Below, piece after piece: positions 51,542 to 63,444 of a stretch of DNA of 64,000 bases. Under the pieces are notes generated by a model that made no database searches, was not told where the DNA came from, and saw only the letters and a list, made by a program, of their open reading frames with translations. Where the stretch lies: contig CAVUQH010000003.1 of assembly GCA_963743525.1 (NCBI GenBank), positions 96,001 to 160,000 on the forward strand, read 5' to 3'. The stretch is from an uncultured delta proteobacterium (GTDB lineage Bacteria; Myxococcota_A; Polyangia; Haliangiales; Haliangiaceae). Position 1 is the stretch's first letter; each line of letters opens with the position of its first letter. Both the position numbers and the translations under genes were made by a program.

Positions 51542-52987
51542 CTAGTCGGTGTCGCCGGCGAAGCGGACCGGCAGGGTCAGCCGGTCGTGCAGTCGCTCGG
51601 GAGCCGGCGGCAGCGCCGCGGCGCGCAGCTCGCGCACGAGGCACTTCTTCAGCCGCGACGGCGCGCCCGGCTCGAGTACCACCACCTTCTTGGGCGTGGC
51701 ACCGTCGAGCTCGAGGCGGACGTAGACCTCGTCCAGCTTGCCCGCCTTGGCCTTGCACGCCGCGGCTGCGCTGTCGAAGACGCGGCTGGCGGCGGAGTAG
51801 AAGGCGCGCGCCTGGATCGCCGCGACGTCGGCCGCCCGCGGCGGCTTCTGCGGCGCCCGCTGATCGTGCGGGTCGTCGCCGGGCAGCGCGCGGAGCATGG
51901 CGCTGGCCTGGGTCAGGTTGCTGTCAACGTCGGGCGAGCTGGTGAACGACGGGCCCTGGAAGCGCTTCAGATTGGCCTGGTAGATCGGCTTCTGGTCGTC
52001 GGGCGCCAGCTTCACCGCTTGCTTCGACTCGGCCACTGCGTCGGCCTTCTTGCCGGCGTAGTAGAGCGCCTCGGCCAACGAGTCGTGCGGGTTGGCCTGG
52101 TTGGGCATCAGCGCCGCCTGGCGCCGCGCCGCCGACAGCGCGGCGTCGGTCGCTCCGCTGGCGAGGAAGACGTAGATGGCCTGATTGAGCGCGCCCGCGT
52201 CGTCGCCGATGGATCCCTCGACCAGCGAGGCCAGGCCGGCGATCCGCTGCTTCGACACCTCTCCGGATACTGCGACCGTCGCCAGCACGTCGAGGGCCTT
52301 GTCCGAGGTCGGATAGCGAGCGACGTAGTCGGCCCACTCGCGCATCATCTGGCCGCGCACGCGGTGATAGCGGCGCAGCTCCATCGACTCCCAGCGGGCG
52401 GTGGCGGCGACGCCAGCCTCGTTGCCGTGATCGGCCTGCGCCGCGCGGTCGTACAGCGCCTCGGCGCGGTCGGTCTCGCCGTGGGCGCGGTGCCAGCGCG
52501 CGGCGCCGATCAGCACGCCGGGATCGTTGGGCGCGGCCTTGACCCGCCTGGCGATGCCGCTGGCGTCGAGCACATCGAGGTCGGCCTGGGCGACGAACTG
52601 CAGCATGCCGTCGACCGGCAGCGTGCCCTCCTGTCGGGTGATCATCTGCCCGGTGCCGTCGATGACCAGCAGGGTCGGATAGGCGCGCACGTTGAACCGC
52701 GCGGCCGCGGCGACGCCGGGGCCGGCCTCGGCGTCGTAGCGGACGAACATCACCGACGTCAGCGCCGTCTTCACCTCGGGGCGCGACAGCACCTCGGCGG
52801 CGAACTGCTTACAGGGGTGACACCAGGTGGTGTAGAACTCGAGCACCAGCGCCTTGCCTCTGTCCTTGGCGGCGTGAATCGCGTCGTCGAGCGCCGGTGG
52901 CGGCGCGCCGTGACCGTCGGCCAGCGCCGCGTTCGCGCCGCCGACCAGTGCGGCCAGCGCCGCTACCCCGAGAACCATCCTCTTCAT
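51542..52987 (-). CDS. Exported thioredoxin-domain + TPR protein
   Basis: Signal peptide, EFYTTWCHPCK, YPT cis-Pro loop, TPR (DSLAEALYYAG). Confidence 0.85.
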   Translation of the reverse strand: MKRMVLGVAALAALVGGANAALADGHGAPPPALDDAIHAAKDRGKALVLEFYTTWCHPCKQFAAEVLSRPEVKTALTSVMFVRYDAEAGPGVAAAARFNVRAYPTLLVIDGTGQMITRQEGTLPVDGMLQFVAQADLDVLDASGIARRVKAAPNDPGVLIGAARWHRAHGETDRAEALYDRAAQADHGNEAGVAATARWESMELRRYHRVRGQMMREWADYVARYPTSDKALDVLATVAVSGEVSKQRIAGLASLVEGSIGDDAGALNQAIYVFLASGATDAALSAARRQAALMPNQANPHDSLAEALYYAGKKADAVAESKQAVKLAPDDQKPIYQANLKRFQGPSFTSSPDVDSNLTQASAMLRALPGDDPHDQRAPQKPPRAADVAAIQARAFYSAASRVFDSAAAACKAKAGKLDEVYVRLELDGATPKKVVVLEPGAPSRLKKCLVRELRAAALPPAPERLHDRLTLPVRFAGDTD

Positions 52988-53350
52988 CGCCTGCTCCTTC
53001 TGCCCGAACGTCCTGACAGGATGGAAGACAGCGGAGTTGCCCGCATTGTTCCCGGGCCGAAAAGCGCGAAAGCCCCCGGTTGATAACCGGAGGCCTTCAC
53101 CCCCAACTCCACGGAAAATCTAAGAAAAATCGAAAAGCTAGTCTACGCTCGGGGAAACTAGTCGAAAAAGCCAAGCGAAGTTACACGGTTAGGCATAGCA
53201 AGGGCCGGGCCAAACGCGTCTCGGCGCCGCAATCCCTTGTATTTACGTCGCAACTCGTGTTACCGACTGAATTCCGCCGGCCATCCGGTCGGGTAGATCA
53301 CGACATCCGTGTCACGGGAACCCGGGGACGCGCAACTTTCTGCAGACCGT

Positions 53351-54966
<1,616 letters not shown>

Positions 54967-54970
<4 letters not shown>

Positions 54971-55587
54971 GCATCGGGCGGCGCATCCGCGACGGGGTCA
55001 ACTCGCTGATGGAAAGCCTCGCCGCCGACGATGAACCGCTCTCCCACGTGGAGGAGGCGACCCTTCGCGCCGAGATCGAGGCCCGCCAGGCCGACAGCGC
55101 CCGGGCGCCGCACGACAACCCCAGGGCCAGGCACGCCGGTGGCGCCGCCGCCGACCGCGAGGCCCGGCGCAAGGCCGCCGACATTCGCGAGGCGCGCATC
55201 CACCGGGTCCGCGATCAGCGCGAGGCCAAGGCCAGGGCCACCCGCGACGCCGCGTTTCGCCAGGCCAAGGAGCAGGCCCGGCGCAGCGGCAGCAGCACCA
55301 GCAGCAGCGGCAGCCGCAGCTCGCGTTCCCGCAGCAGCGGGCCGCGCCGGCCGATCGGCCGCAAGAACGACAAGATCGCCGGCTTCTACCGCCAGCTCGA
55401 CCTGCCGGTGGGCGCGCCGTTCGCCGAGGTCAAGAAGCAGTACCGGGTGCTGATGCGCAAGTACCACCCGGACCGCCACGTCGGCGATCCAAAGAAGCAG
55501 AAGGCGGCCACCGAGCTGACCATGCGCGTCACCCAGGCCTACAACGAGCTCGAGATCTACCTGGTCGGCGGACCGAACAAGGGATAA
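54967..55587 (+). CDS. Protein with C-terminal J-domain
   Basis: VKKQYRVLMRKYHPDRH..AYNEL. Confidence 0.9.
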
Positions 55588-55591
55588 CCGG

Positions 55592-56443
55592 ATGGACGAG
55601 AGCAGCGCGGCCAGTCGGACTGCGATGATGGTGGCGGCCTATCGCGCTCGCGCCAGCGCGCGCGACGAGCCGATCTGTGCCGACCCGTGGGCCAGTGCCC
55701 TTTCCGGTGACGAAGGCGCCGAGCTGGCGCGCCGCTTCGATCAGCGCTTTCCCCACATGGAGCTGTGGATGGCGCTGCGCACCACCTATCTCGACCACCT
55801 GGTCCACCGCTTCACCCGCAATCCCCACGGCTTCTCGCAGGTGGTGATCCTCGGCGCCGGCCTCGACACTCGCGCCGCGCGCCTGGCCACCGACGGGGTT
55901 CGCTTCTTCGAGGTCGATCACCCGGCGACCCAGGCCGAGAAGCACGCCCGCGTCTCCGCCCTGTCCGGCTACCCGGTGGACGCCGCGACCTACGTGTCGT
56001 GCGACTTCGAGAAGGGCGAGGATTTCCTCGACCGCCTGACCGCCTCCGGCTTCGACGCCGGGCTGCCCGCGCTGGTCATCTGGGAGGGCGTGACCGCCTA
56101 CCTCACCGAGCCGGCGGTCCGCGTCACCGCCCGGCGGGTGGCCCACGGCATGGACGCGCGCAGCGTGCTGGTCTTCGACCACCTGGGCAAGCGGATGGGC
56201 AAGGGGACCAACATCCGCGACCGCGACCAGGACACCCTCGACTACGTCAGCGACCTGGGCGAGCCGGTGATGTTCGGCTCCGACCACGTGCTGCCGCTGC
56301 TGTTCGAGGAAGGATTCCTGTGGGTTCGCCAGCTGACGTTCGACGAGATCGGCCTGGCAATCACCGGAACCTACGCTCGAGAGCGCGAGTTCCGCTTCCA
56401 GTACATCTCGCTCGCGAGTCGCACGACTCCTGATATCCTGTAG
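55592..56443 (+). CDS. SAM-dependent methyltransferase (LCM/TIGR00027-like)
   Basis: SRTA..AYRA, QVVILGAGLDTRA, FEVDHP, WEGVTAYL. Confidence 0.92.
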   Translation: MDESSAASRTAMMVAAYRARASARDEPICADPWASALSGDEGAELARRFDQRFPHMELWMALRTTYLDHLVHRFTRNPHGFSQVVILGAGLDTRAARLATDGVRFFEVDHPATQAEKHARVSALSGYPVDAATYVSCDFEKGEDFLDRLTASGFDAGLPALVIWEGVTAYLTEPAVRVTARRVAHGMDARSVLVFDHLGKRMGKGTNIRDRDQDTLDYVSDLGEPVMFGSDHVLPLLFEEGFLWVRQLTFDEIGLAITGTYAREREFRFQYISLASRTTPDIL

Positions 56444-56445
56444 GG

Positions 56446-56952
56446 GTGCGGTATCTACTCGCCTTCCTGATCGCCGCCACGGTGATGGCGGGGTGTTCGA
56501 GTAACGACGACGCAGCCAAGCAGCGCGAGGCGGAGACCAAAGCGCTGCAGGCCAAGCAGAAGAAGCTTGCCGCGGCGACCAGGCCGGAGCCGGGCGCCAA
56601 CGTGGTCAAGAAGGCGCCGCCCAAGGAGCAGCTGATCGCCGACTGCAAGGCGGGCAAAGGCTCTGCCTGTCAGGGCGCCTGCGCGCTGAAGGACGGCGAC
56701 AGCTGCAGCGCGTTGGGGCGGATGTTCGAGACCGGTACCGGCGGCGTGCCCGAAGATTTCGAGTCGGCGATGGTCTTTCACCGCCAGGCGTGCGAGCTGG
56801 GCAGCGGCGAGGGCTGCTACGCCGTCGGGCTGTTCTACAAGCTGGGCAAGGAGATCCCCAAGAACCCCAAGGGGGCGCTCCACTACTTCCAGGAGGGCTG
56901 CAAGCTGAAGTTCAAGCCCGCCTGCGCCGAGCTGCAAGCCGAGAAGAAGTAG
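56446..56952 (+). CDS. Sel1-like repeat Cys-rich lipoprotein
   Basis: Lipobox MAGC, repeats SCSALGRMFETGTGG / ACELGSGEGC. Confidence 0.85.
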   Translation: MRYLLAFLIAATVMAGCSSNDDAAKQREAETKALQAKQKKLAAATRPEPGANVVKKAPPKEQLIADCKAGKGSACQGACALKDGDSCSALGRMFETGTGGVPEDFESAMVFHRQACELGSGEGCYAVGLFYKLGKEIPKNPKGALHYFQEGCKLKFKPACAELQAEKK

Positions 56953-56971
56953 AAGCTAGGCCAGTCGAGGA

Positions 56972-57601
56972 CTACGCCAAGACCGTGAGACCGACCGGGC
57001 GGCCGAGCACCTCGGCCTCGGCCGCGTCGAGCGCGGTCACCAGATCGTCGCCGAAGATCGCCGCCAGGGTCGGGCGGCCGACGCGATAGACCGACGGCGC
57101 CGACGCATCGAGCGAGCAGGAGTAGTCGCGGTAGTCGTCGGACAGGACGATCGATTTCTCGTCGTACGACAGCGGGAACAGCCGGCAGACGTGCGGCTTG
57201 ACCCCGTGGAAGTCCCAGCCGCGCTCGATCGACGCGCGGTGGATGGCGCAGCCGCGGCCGTCGTGCGACAGGAACAGGCAGCCGCCGCCGTGGGTGCGGG
57301 TGCGCACGAAGCGCCCCGACGGAAAGTCGGCGTCGACCTGCTCCTCGGTGTGGAACCACGGCTGGTCGGCGACCTCGGCGTCGAGCACCGCGCGGACGTC
57401 GTCGGCGTGAGCGAGGATCTGGTCGCGCTCGCCGATGTCGACATCGACCCCGTACCGGCAGCAGGCGTCGAGCTCGAGCGCGTCGTGCTCTTTCAGCAGG
57501 CGGCACTGGTGGGTCATGCAGTCGGCGACGACCTTGACCAGGAAGATGTCGCGCTGCGCGCTGCGGAAGCGCGGATGATCGATCGGCACCAGCTCGCTCA
57601 C
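56972..57601 (-). CDS. Cysteine-cluster protein (YkgJ/DUF3109-like)
   Basis: DACC..G, GCLFL..GCAIH, KPHVCRLFPL. Confidence 0.8.
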   Translation of the reverse strand: MSELVPIDHPRFRSAQRDIFLVKVVADCMTHQCRLLKEHDALELDACCRYGVDVDIGERDQILAHADDVRAVLDAEVADQPWFHTEEQVDADFPSGRFVRTRTHGGGCLFLSHDGRGCAIHRASIERGWDFHGVKPHVCRLFPLSYDEKSIVLSDDYRDYSCSLDASAPSVYRVGRPTLAAIFGDDLVTALDAAEAEVLGRPVGLTVLA

Positions 57602-57632
57602 CGGGTCACCCTAGCAACCGCTGGTGACAATG

Positions 57633-59055
57633 TCAGCCGCCCGATGGTGCCGCGCCCCGGGCCGCGCGCGCCTCGAGCACGGCCCGGGCGTAGCCGCGCA
57701 CTGGCGGATCCGGATCGGCGGCGCTGTGTACGCGGACGATGCTGCCCGGGCGCTCGCGGGTGCCGTGGGCCATGCTCCAGCCCGCCGGCACTTCCGGATC
57801 GGACCAGAAGTAGACCCAGCGCGAGTCGATCGGCGACAGGTTGACGCAGCCGTGGCTGCGCACGGTGCCGAAGCCGTCGTGCCAGTAGGCGGTGTGCAGC
57901 GCCAGATCCTTGGCGTAGAACTGCGTCCATGGCACCGTCGCCACCGAGTACGGCGCCTCGTCGCCCATCTGCCCGTTCATCGCCGTCTCGGCGAACTTGA
58001 TCCACACCCGGTAGATACCGGTGGCGGTCGGGTGCTGCTTGCGCCCGGTGGAGACCAGGGTGGCGTAGACCGGCAGGCTGCCCTCGTAGGCGACCAACGC
58101 CTGGAGGTCGAGGTCGACGTTGACCCAGCGCTCGTGGGGTAACAGCCCGGCCGGGGGTGTGGTGGTCTCCAGGTAGCGGGCGCGCGAGGCCGGCAGCCAG
58201 TCGGACGGGCCGATGCGGAACGCGGTCGGCCGGCCGCGGCCGTCGCGGGCGACCTCGAGCACGTGGTGGGCCGATCGTCCCGGCACCCGCCGTCCGGTGC
58301 CGCCGCCGCGGGCGGTGCGCTGGGTCGGTACCGATCGATCCAGCCGTTTGGGGTCGACTGCGAACACCAGAGGCAAGGTCAGCCCGGTGTCGTCGCCCAG
58401 GCGCACGCCGTGGAAGGTTGAACGGCACGTGCGGGTGCAGGTCGGCGGCGTTGACGTACTCGCCGTGGCCGATGTTCCAGTAGGTGACCGGCTTGCCGTC
58501 GGCCGCCGGTACCACGCGCTCGCCGTAGTCGCGCACGTGCACCGACCCCGCCAGCTGCCGCGACTCCACCAGCTGCTCGCCGTTCAGCTCGTAGGCGGCG
58601 GCGCCGTCGGACACCACCTTGCCGTACGAGCCCGGCACCAGCTCGCCCGGGCCCAGGCGGGGCAGCTCGATCCCCTGGGGCCACTTCTTGGACGGCTCGA
58701 GGTACTCCTCGCAGATCCAGCCGAAAGGCGCGATCTCGATCCACCGCTGGTCGCAGCCGGGGCCCTTGCGGGCGGCCTCGACCGCGACCCGGGTGTTGGC
58801 GGCGATGGTCCCGTACTTCTTGGCGTCTGGCTGCGGCTGCATGCGCACCGGCATCGACCGGCGCAGCTTGACCGAGCGGATGTCGGCCGGGAAAGGCGGC
58901 GGGGTCGGCGGCGCGGCGTCCGGCGGCGGCGCCTCGGCGCGGACGGCTTCGCGGGCCAGCGCCGGCCCCGGCCGGGCGGCATCGCTGGCGTGGTGCGAGC
59001 CGTGGCTCGAGCAGGCGGCGACGAGCCCGAGCATGGCGACCCGGCAGAGGCGCAT
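57633..59055 (-). CDS. L,D-transpeptidase lipoprotein (apparent +1 indel near 58421)
   Basis: YkuD motifs VSTG, TATG, ALHTAYWH..FG..RSHGCVNL; lipobox VAAC in adjacent frame. Confidence 0.85.
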
Positions 59056-59153
59056 CGGCAACGCATTAGCACGGCCGCGGCCCGGGCGCTCGATTCCCAA
59101 CCGCCAGCCGACTTTTTTGGCCGTTGCCGGGAGGGTGCTACGATCGCGCGGCG

Positions 59154-60608
59154 ATGAAGCTCGGCGAAATGCTGGTCAGGGACGACCGCATCACCGAGGC
59201 CCAGCTGGATCTGGCGATCCAGCAGCAGGGCCGGGATGGTGGGCGTCTGGGCACCGTCATGGTCGAGATGGGCCTCATCGATCTCGACACGCTCACCGTC
59301 TATCTCGGCCTCGAGCTGGCCATTCCGATCGCCAGCGGCGCCGCGCTCGAGCGGGCCAAGAAGCTGGCCGTGCGCTTGCTGCGCCCCGAGCAGGCGGCCC
59401 ACTACCGCATCGTCCCGTTGCTGGTCCACGACCGCCAGCTGATCGCCGCAATCGACGATCCGCACGACATGCAGGCACTGGACGAGATCTTGCGCATCAC
59501 CGGCTACCGGGTGCTGCCGCGGGTGGCTCCCGAGATCCGCATCTTCTACTACCTCGAGCGCTACTACGGCGTGCCCCGTCCGCGGCGCTTCGAGGTCTTC
59601 GGTGACACCCCGCGCGGGCAGATGCGGTCGAACGACGATCTACCGGCGCCGCCGCTGCCCGGCCTGCCGCCGGTGCCGGTGGAAAAGGTCGAGGCGCCGC
59701 GCCCGGCGCCGCCGCTCCACACCATGCCGACCGGCACGGTTGCCATCGACGACGACGAGTACGAGGAGCTCGACCTCGAGTCCGACGATCTGTTGGTCGA
59801 GCTGGAGGCCGATCACTCGGATGCCGCCGCCGCGGCGCCGCTGCAACCGCGCGGTCCGGCGCAGGCGTCGGCCGAGCTGGTGCCGCCGCCAGCCGACGAG
59901 ACCTACGAGCCGCTGCCGCTCGAGCAGGCCCTGGAGGCGATGCGCGGCGCCGAGAACCGCAACGCCATCGCCACCACGCTGATGGGCCACGCGGTGTCGC
60001 TGTTCGAGCTGTCGGCCCTTTGCATCGTGCGCGACAACATGGCGTTTGGCTGGAAGGTCAGCGGCGGTGACGTCGCCGCCGATCGAATCGAGACGCTGCT
60101 GGTCCCGCTGGGCCCGCCGTCGGTGTTCCAGAGCGCGGTCGCCGACGACACCCAGATGTTCTACGGCGCGCCGTTCCCGGCCACGCTGCACAACTATCTG
60201 TTCAAGGTGCTGCGCACGCCGCCGCCGCGCTACGTGGTGGTGCGCGCGGTGTCGATCGGCAAGCGCATGGTCAATCTGATGTACGGCCATCGCCTGGAGC
60301 CCGAGCCGCTGACCGACGAGCAGCTGGCCGGGTTCAACGAGCTATGCGATCTGGCTTCGCAGGCGTATGTGCGCTTGATCGCCTCGTCCAAGAAGGGGCG
60401 CGCCCGCGGCAAGCAACCGGCGGATGACGACGCCGAACCCAAACGGGTGGTGATCGCGGTCGAACGCGACGCTGACGCCGCGCCCGCCGAACCCGGCTCA
60501 GACTCGGGCGATGGCGCCGCGCCGGCCGCCGACTTTCCCGAGGAGACCACCTCGGTGGGCAAGCGATCGGCACGCAAGGGTAAGAAGAAGAAGAAGCCCC
60601 GGCGCTAG
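59154..60608 (+). CDS. MshEN (T2SSE_N) domain protein without ATPase
   Basis: KLGEMLV..ITEAQL..A..QQ..RLGTVMVEMGLID, then RIVPL and IDDP; acidic linker; GAF-like C-domain. Confidence 0.82.
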   Translation: MKLGEMLVRDDRITEAQLDLAIQQQGRDGGRLGTVMVEMGLIDLDTLTVYLGLELAIPIASGAALERAKKLAVRLLRPEQAAHYRIVPLLVHDRQLIAAIDDPHDMQALDEILRITGYRVLPRVAPEIRIFYYLERYYGVPRPRRFEVFGDTPRGQMRSNDDLPAPPLPGLPPVPVEKVEAPRPAPPLHTMPTGTVAIDDDEYEELDLESDDLLVELEADHSDAAAAAPLQPRGPAQASAELVPPPADETYEPLPLEQALEAMRGAENRNAIATTLMGHAVSLFELSALCIVRDNMAFGWKVSGGDVAADRIETLLVPLGPPSVFQSAVADDTQMFYGAPFPATLHNYLFKVLRTPPPRYVVVRAVSIGKRMVNLMYGHRLEPEPLTDEQLAGFNELCDLASQAYVRLIASSKKGRARGKQPADDDAEPKRVVIAVERDADAAPAEPGSDSGDGAAPAADFPEETTSVGKRSARKGKKKKKPRR

Positions 60609-60652
60609 ACCGGTCACGGACACGGTCGCGGATCTCGTGCTAAGTAGGCGAG

Positions 60653-61549
60653 ATGGGGAGCCCTACTAGATTTGCCTGGTCGATCGTGGCCGTCCTGTCG
60701 CTGGCACCCGCCTGCGGCGGCGGCGACGACAGCGGTGGCGCGGTCGATGCCGCCGGTGGCGCAGTCGACGCGCCGGTCAGCGCCGACGCTGCCAGCTACC
60801 CCGACGCCACCCCGACCGTCAACGCGATGCCGCCGATCGACGCGCGCCCGGCCAACCTCGACTGTCTCGGCGCATCGCTTCCCGACACGGCGCCGGATCC
60901 TCTGACCATCACCGGCACCGTCTACAACCCGGGCATCCCGGGCATCACCAACGACACCCTGATCGTCGGCGCCGACGTCGAGTCGTTCCTGCGCGGCGAC
61001 GAGACCACGCCGATCGCGACCACTGCCAGCACCACCGGCGGCGCCTTCGTGTTGTCGGCCAGCAACGGCACGCAGATGCCGGTCAACGCCTACGTTCGCG
61101 CGACTGCATCGGGCTACTGGAGCACCTATCTCTATCCGCCGACTCCGGTGTTCACCGACCAGACCGGGGTCCAGGTGGTGATGACCACCAAGACCCAGGC
61201 CGGCCTGGTGCAGAACCTCACGGGCGTGACCATCGACCCGGAGAAGGGATGGGTGTCGGTGCTGGTCCTCGACTGCAACGGTGATCCGGTCGAAGGCGCG
61301 ACGGTGACGTCGTCGCCGGCCGCGGGCGACACCGCCTACCAGGATGCCGGCGGCGTGCCCAGCACCTCGGCGTCGGCGACCTCGTCGAGCGGCGTCGCCC
61401 TGCTGTTCAACGTGCCGGTGGGCGACGTGGAGCTGAACGCCACCGTGAGCGGCATGACCCTGCGGCCCAACACGGTGCAGGTCCACGCGACCAACGCGGG
61501 GATGTCCGGTCAGCCCCACGCGATCACCACCACCGCGATCGTCCCGTAG
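60653..61549 (+). CDS. Lipoprotein with carboxypeptidase-regulatory-like beta-sandwich domains
   Basis: APAC lipobox, DA-rich linker, DCNGDPVEGATVT, FNVPVGDV. Confidence 0.72.
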   Translation: MGSPTRFAWSIVAVLSLAPACGGGDDSGGAVDAAGGAVDAPVSADAASYPDATPTVNAMPPIDARPANLDCLGASLPDTAPDPLTITGTVYNPGIPGITNDTLIVGADVESFLRGDETTPIATTASTTGGAFVLSASNGTQMPVNAYVRATASGYWSTYLYPPTPVFTDQTGVQVVMTTKTQAGLVQNLTGVTIDPEKGWVSVLVLDCNGDPVEGATVTSSPAAGDTAYQDAGGVPSTSASATSSSGVALLFNVPVGDVELNATVSGMTLRPNTVQVHATNAGMSGQPHAITTTAIVP

Positions 61550-61655
61550 TCGGCCCGCGACGATTGGGCAATCGCCGTCGCTCGCGCTACCCTGCGAGCG
61601 ATGAGCCAGCTCCGCGTTCAACCTACCGGGCGAGCCGCCCGAGGCCAACGAGAGG

Positions 61656-63008
61656 TTGCGCCGCATGGCGCAGCGACTGACCCGTCCCGTCGAGGCGTTC
61701 CTCGAGGCGGAAACCGCCGGCGGCGTGCTGTTGATGCTGGCCGCGGCGATCGCCCTGATCTGGGCCAACTCGCCGTGGAAAGAGTCGTACCAGCACCTGT
61801 GGCACACGCCGCTGGGCATCCACGCAGCCGGGCACGCGCTGGTCAAGCCGCTGCATTTCTGGATCAACGACGGCCTGATGACGATCTTCTTCATGCTGGC
61901 CGGGCTGGAGATCAAGCGCGAGCTGGTTCAGGGAGAGCTGTCGGATTTCAGGCGGGCGGCGTTGCCGGTGATGGCGGCGATCGGCGGCATGGTCGTGCCG
62001 GCGTTGATCTTTCTGGCGTTCAACGGCGGTGGCGCGGCGCGCGACGGCTGGGGCGTGCCGATGGCCACCGACATCGCCTTTGCCGTCGGCGTGCTGTCGC
62101 TGATGGGCAGCAAGGTGCCGTCGGCCATGCGCATCCTCTTGCTGGCGCTGGCGATCATCGACGACCTGGGCGCGATTCTCATCATCGCGCTGTTCTACTC
62201 GTCGAACATCGACCCGTTTGGCATCTCGATCACGGCCGCCGGCGTGGTGGTGATGGTGTTGTGGGTGCGCTTCGGCGTGCGCCCGGGGCTGGCGTACGCG
62301 GTGCCACTGATCATTTTGTGGAGCGGGCTGCACATCGCCGGTATCCACCCGACCCTGGCGGGCGTCATCGTCGGTTTGTCCGTGCCGGTGCGCCCGTGGC
62401 TCAGCCGCGACCAGTTCGCCGGCATCGCCGAGGAGTCGCTGGTCAAGTTCAAGGAGCGGACCAAGGGGTCGTACGACCCGCACGAGATCGTCGACCCGCT
62501 GCGGCGCCTGGCGGTCGCGGGGCGCGAGGCGATCAGCCCGGTGGTGCGGCTCGAGACCGATCTCCACCCGTGGGTCGCGTATCTGATCATGCCGCTGTTC
62601 GCGCTGGCCAACGCCGGCGTCGACATGGGCGGTGTTGACATGTCGGCCTCGGGGGCGACCGCGGTGCTGCTCGGTGTTGGCCTGGGGCTGGCGATTGGCA
62701 AGCCGCTCGGCGTGCTGCTGCTGACCTGGATCGGCGTGAAGCTGGGCTGGTGCGCGCTGCCGCGCGGGCTCGGCTGGTCGTCGATTTTGATCGTCGGCGT
62801 CGTTGCCGGCATTGGCTTCACGATGGCGATCTTCATCGCCGACCTGGCGTTTGCGACCAACCCGGTGCTGGGCGACTTGAGCAAGCTGGCGATCCTCGGC
62901 GCCACCGCCGCGGCTGGCGTTGCCGCGCTGACGATGGGCCACTTCCTGTTGCGACCGCCGGAGGACGATGTGTCGCCGAGCCACGCCGAGCAGTCGACGG
63001 AGCTGTAG
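61656..63008 (+). CDS. nhaA: Na+/H+ antiporter NhaA
   Basis: WINDGLM.IFF..GLEIKRE, GWGVPMATDIAF, LAIIDDLGAI, GIGFTMAIFI; true start may be ATG 61601 via an indel near 61607. Confidence 0.96.
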   Translation: MRRMAQRLTRPVEAFLEAETAGGVLLMLAAAIALIWANSPWKESYQHLWHTPLGIHAAGHALVKPLHFWINDGLMTIFFMLAGLEIKRELVQGELSDFRRAALPVMAAIGGMVVPALIFLAFNGGGAARDGWGVPMATDIAFAVGVLSLMGSKVPSAMRILLLALAIIDDLGAILIIALFYSSNIDPFGISITAAGVVVMVLWVRFGVRPGLAYAVPLIILWSGLHIAGIHPTLAGVIVGLSVPVRPWLSRDQFAGIAEESLVKFKERTKGSYDPHEIVDPLRRLAVAGREAISPVVRLETDLHPWVAYLIMPLFALANAGVDMGGVDMSASGATAVLLGVGLGLAIGKPLGVLLLTWIGVKLGWCALPRGLGWSSILIVGVVAGIGFTMAIFIADLAFATNPVLGDLSKLAILGATAAAGVAALTMGHFLLRPPEDDVSPSHAEQSTEL

Positions 63009-63009
63009 G

Positions 63010-63444
63010 TTACAGCGAGCCGGTCTCGTCGAATACGACCGCGATGTCGCCGAGCTTGGTGTCGAAGTGCAGCGTTCCGGACAGGTGGTAGGTTCGCTCG
63101 CCGGCGCTGACCGCGCGTACGAGCCCGATCGCGGCGCCCGGGCCGACGTGGACGTTGACCACGACCGGCGCCGAGCCTTTGGCCGGGATCTTGGCCGCCA
63201 GGTTGGCCCGCCCGCGCACCGGTGACGCGCTGCCGATCGACACCTGCCAGTTGACGGCGACCAGGGGCAGGCCGACGTCGTTGGGGTTGGTCATGACGAA
63301 GTGGGCGCGCAGATCCAGGCCGCTCAGGCCGGCGCCGACCAGCTCGACGCGCTGGAGCTCGACGGTCGGCTTTTCCAGCGGGCGCAGGACGCCGGGGCAC
63401 GCGGTCAGGAACAGCGCAAGCGCGGCCAGCCCGGCCGCTCTCAA
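63010..63444 (-). CDS. LEA_2/WHy-domain lipoprotein
   Basis: Lipobox LTAC, EKPTV, TNPN..LP; TTG overlapping hisC stop. Confidence 0.8.
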   Translation of the reverse strand: MRAAGLAALALFLTACPGVLRPLEKPTVELQRVELVGAGLSGLDLRAHFVMTNPNDVGLPLVAVNWQVSIGSASPVRGRANLAAKIPAKGSAPVVVNVHVGPGAAIGLVRAVSAGERTYHLSGTLHFDTKLGDIAVVFDETGSL

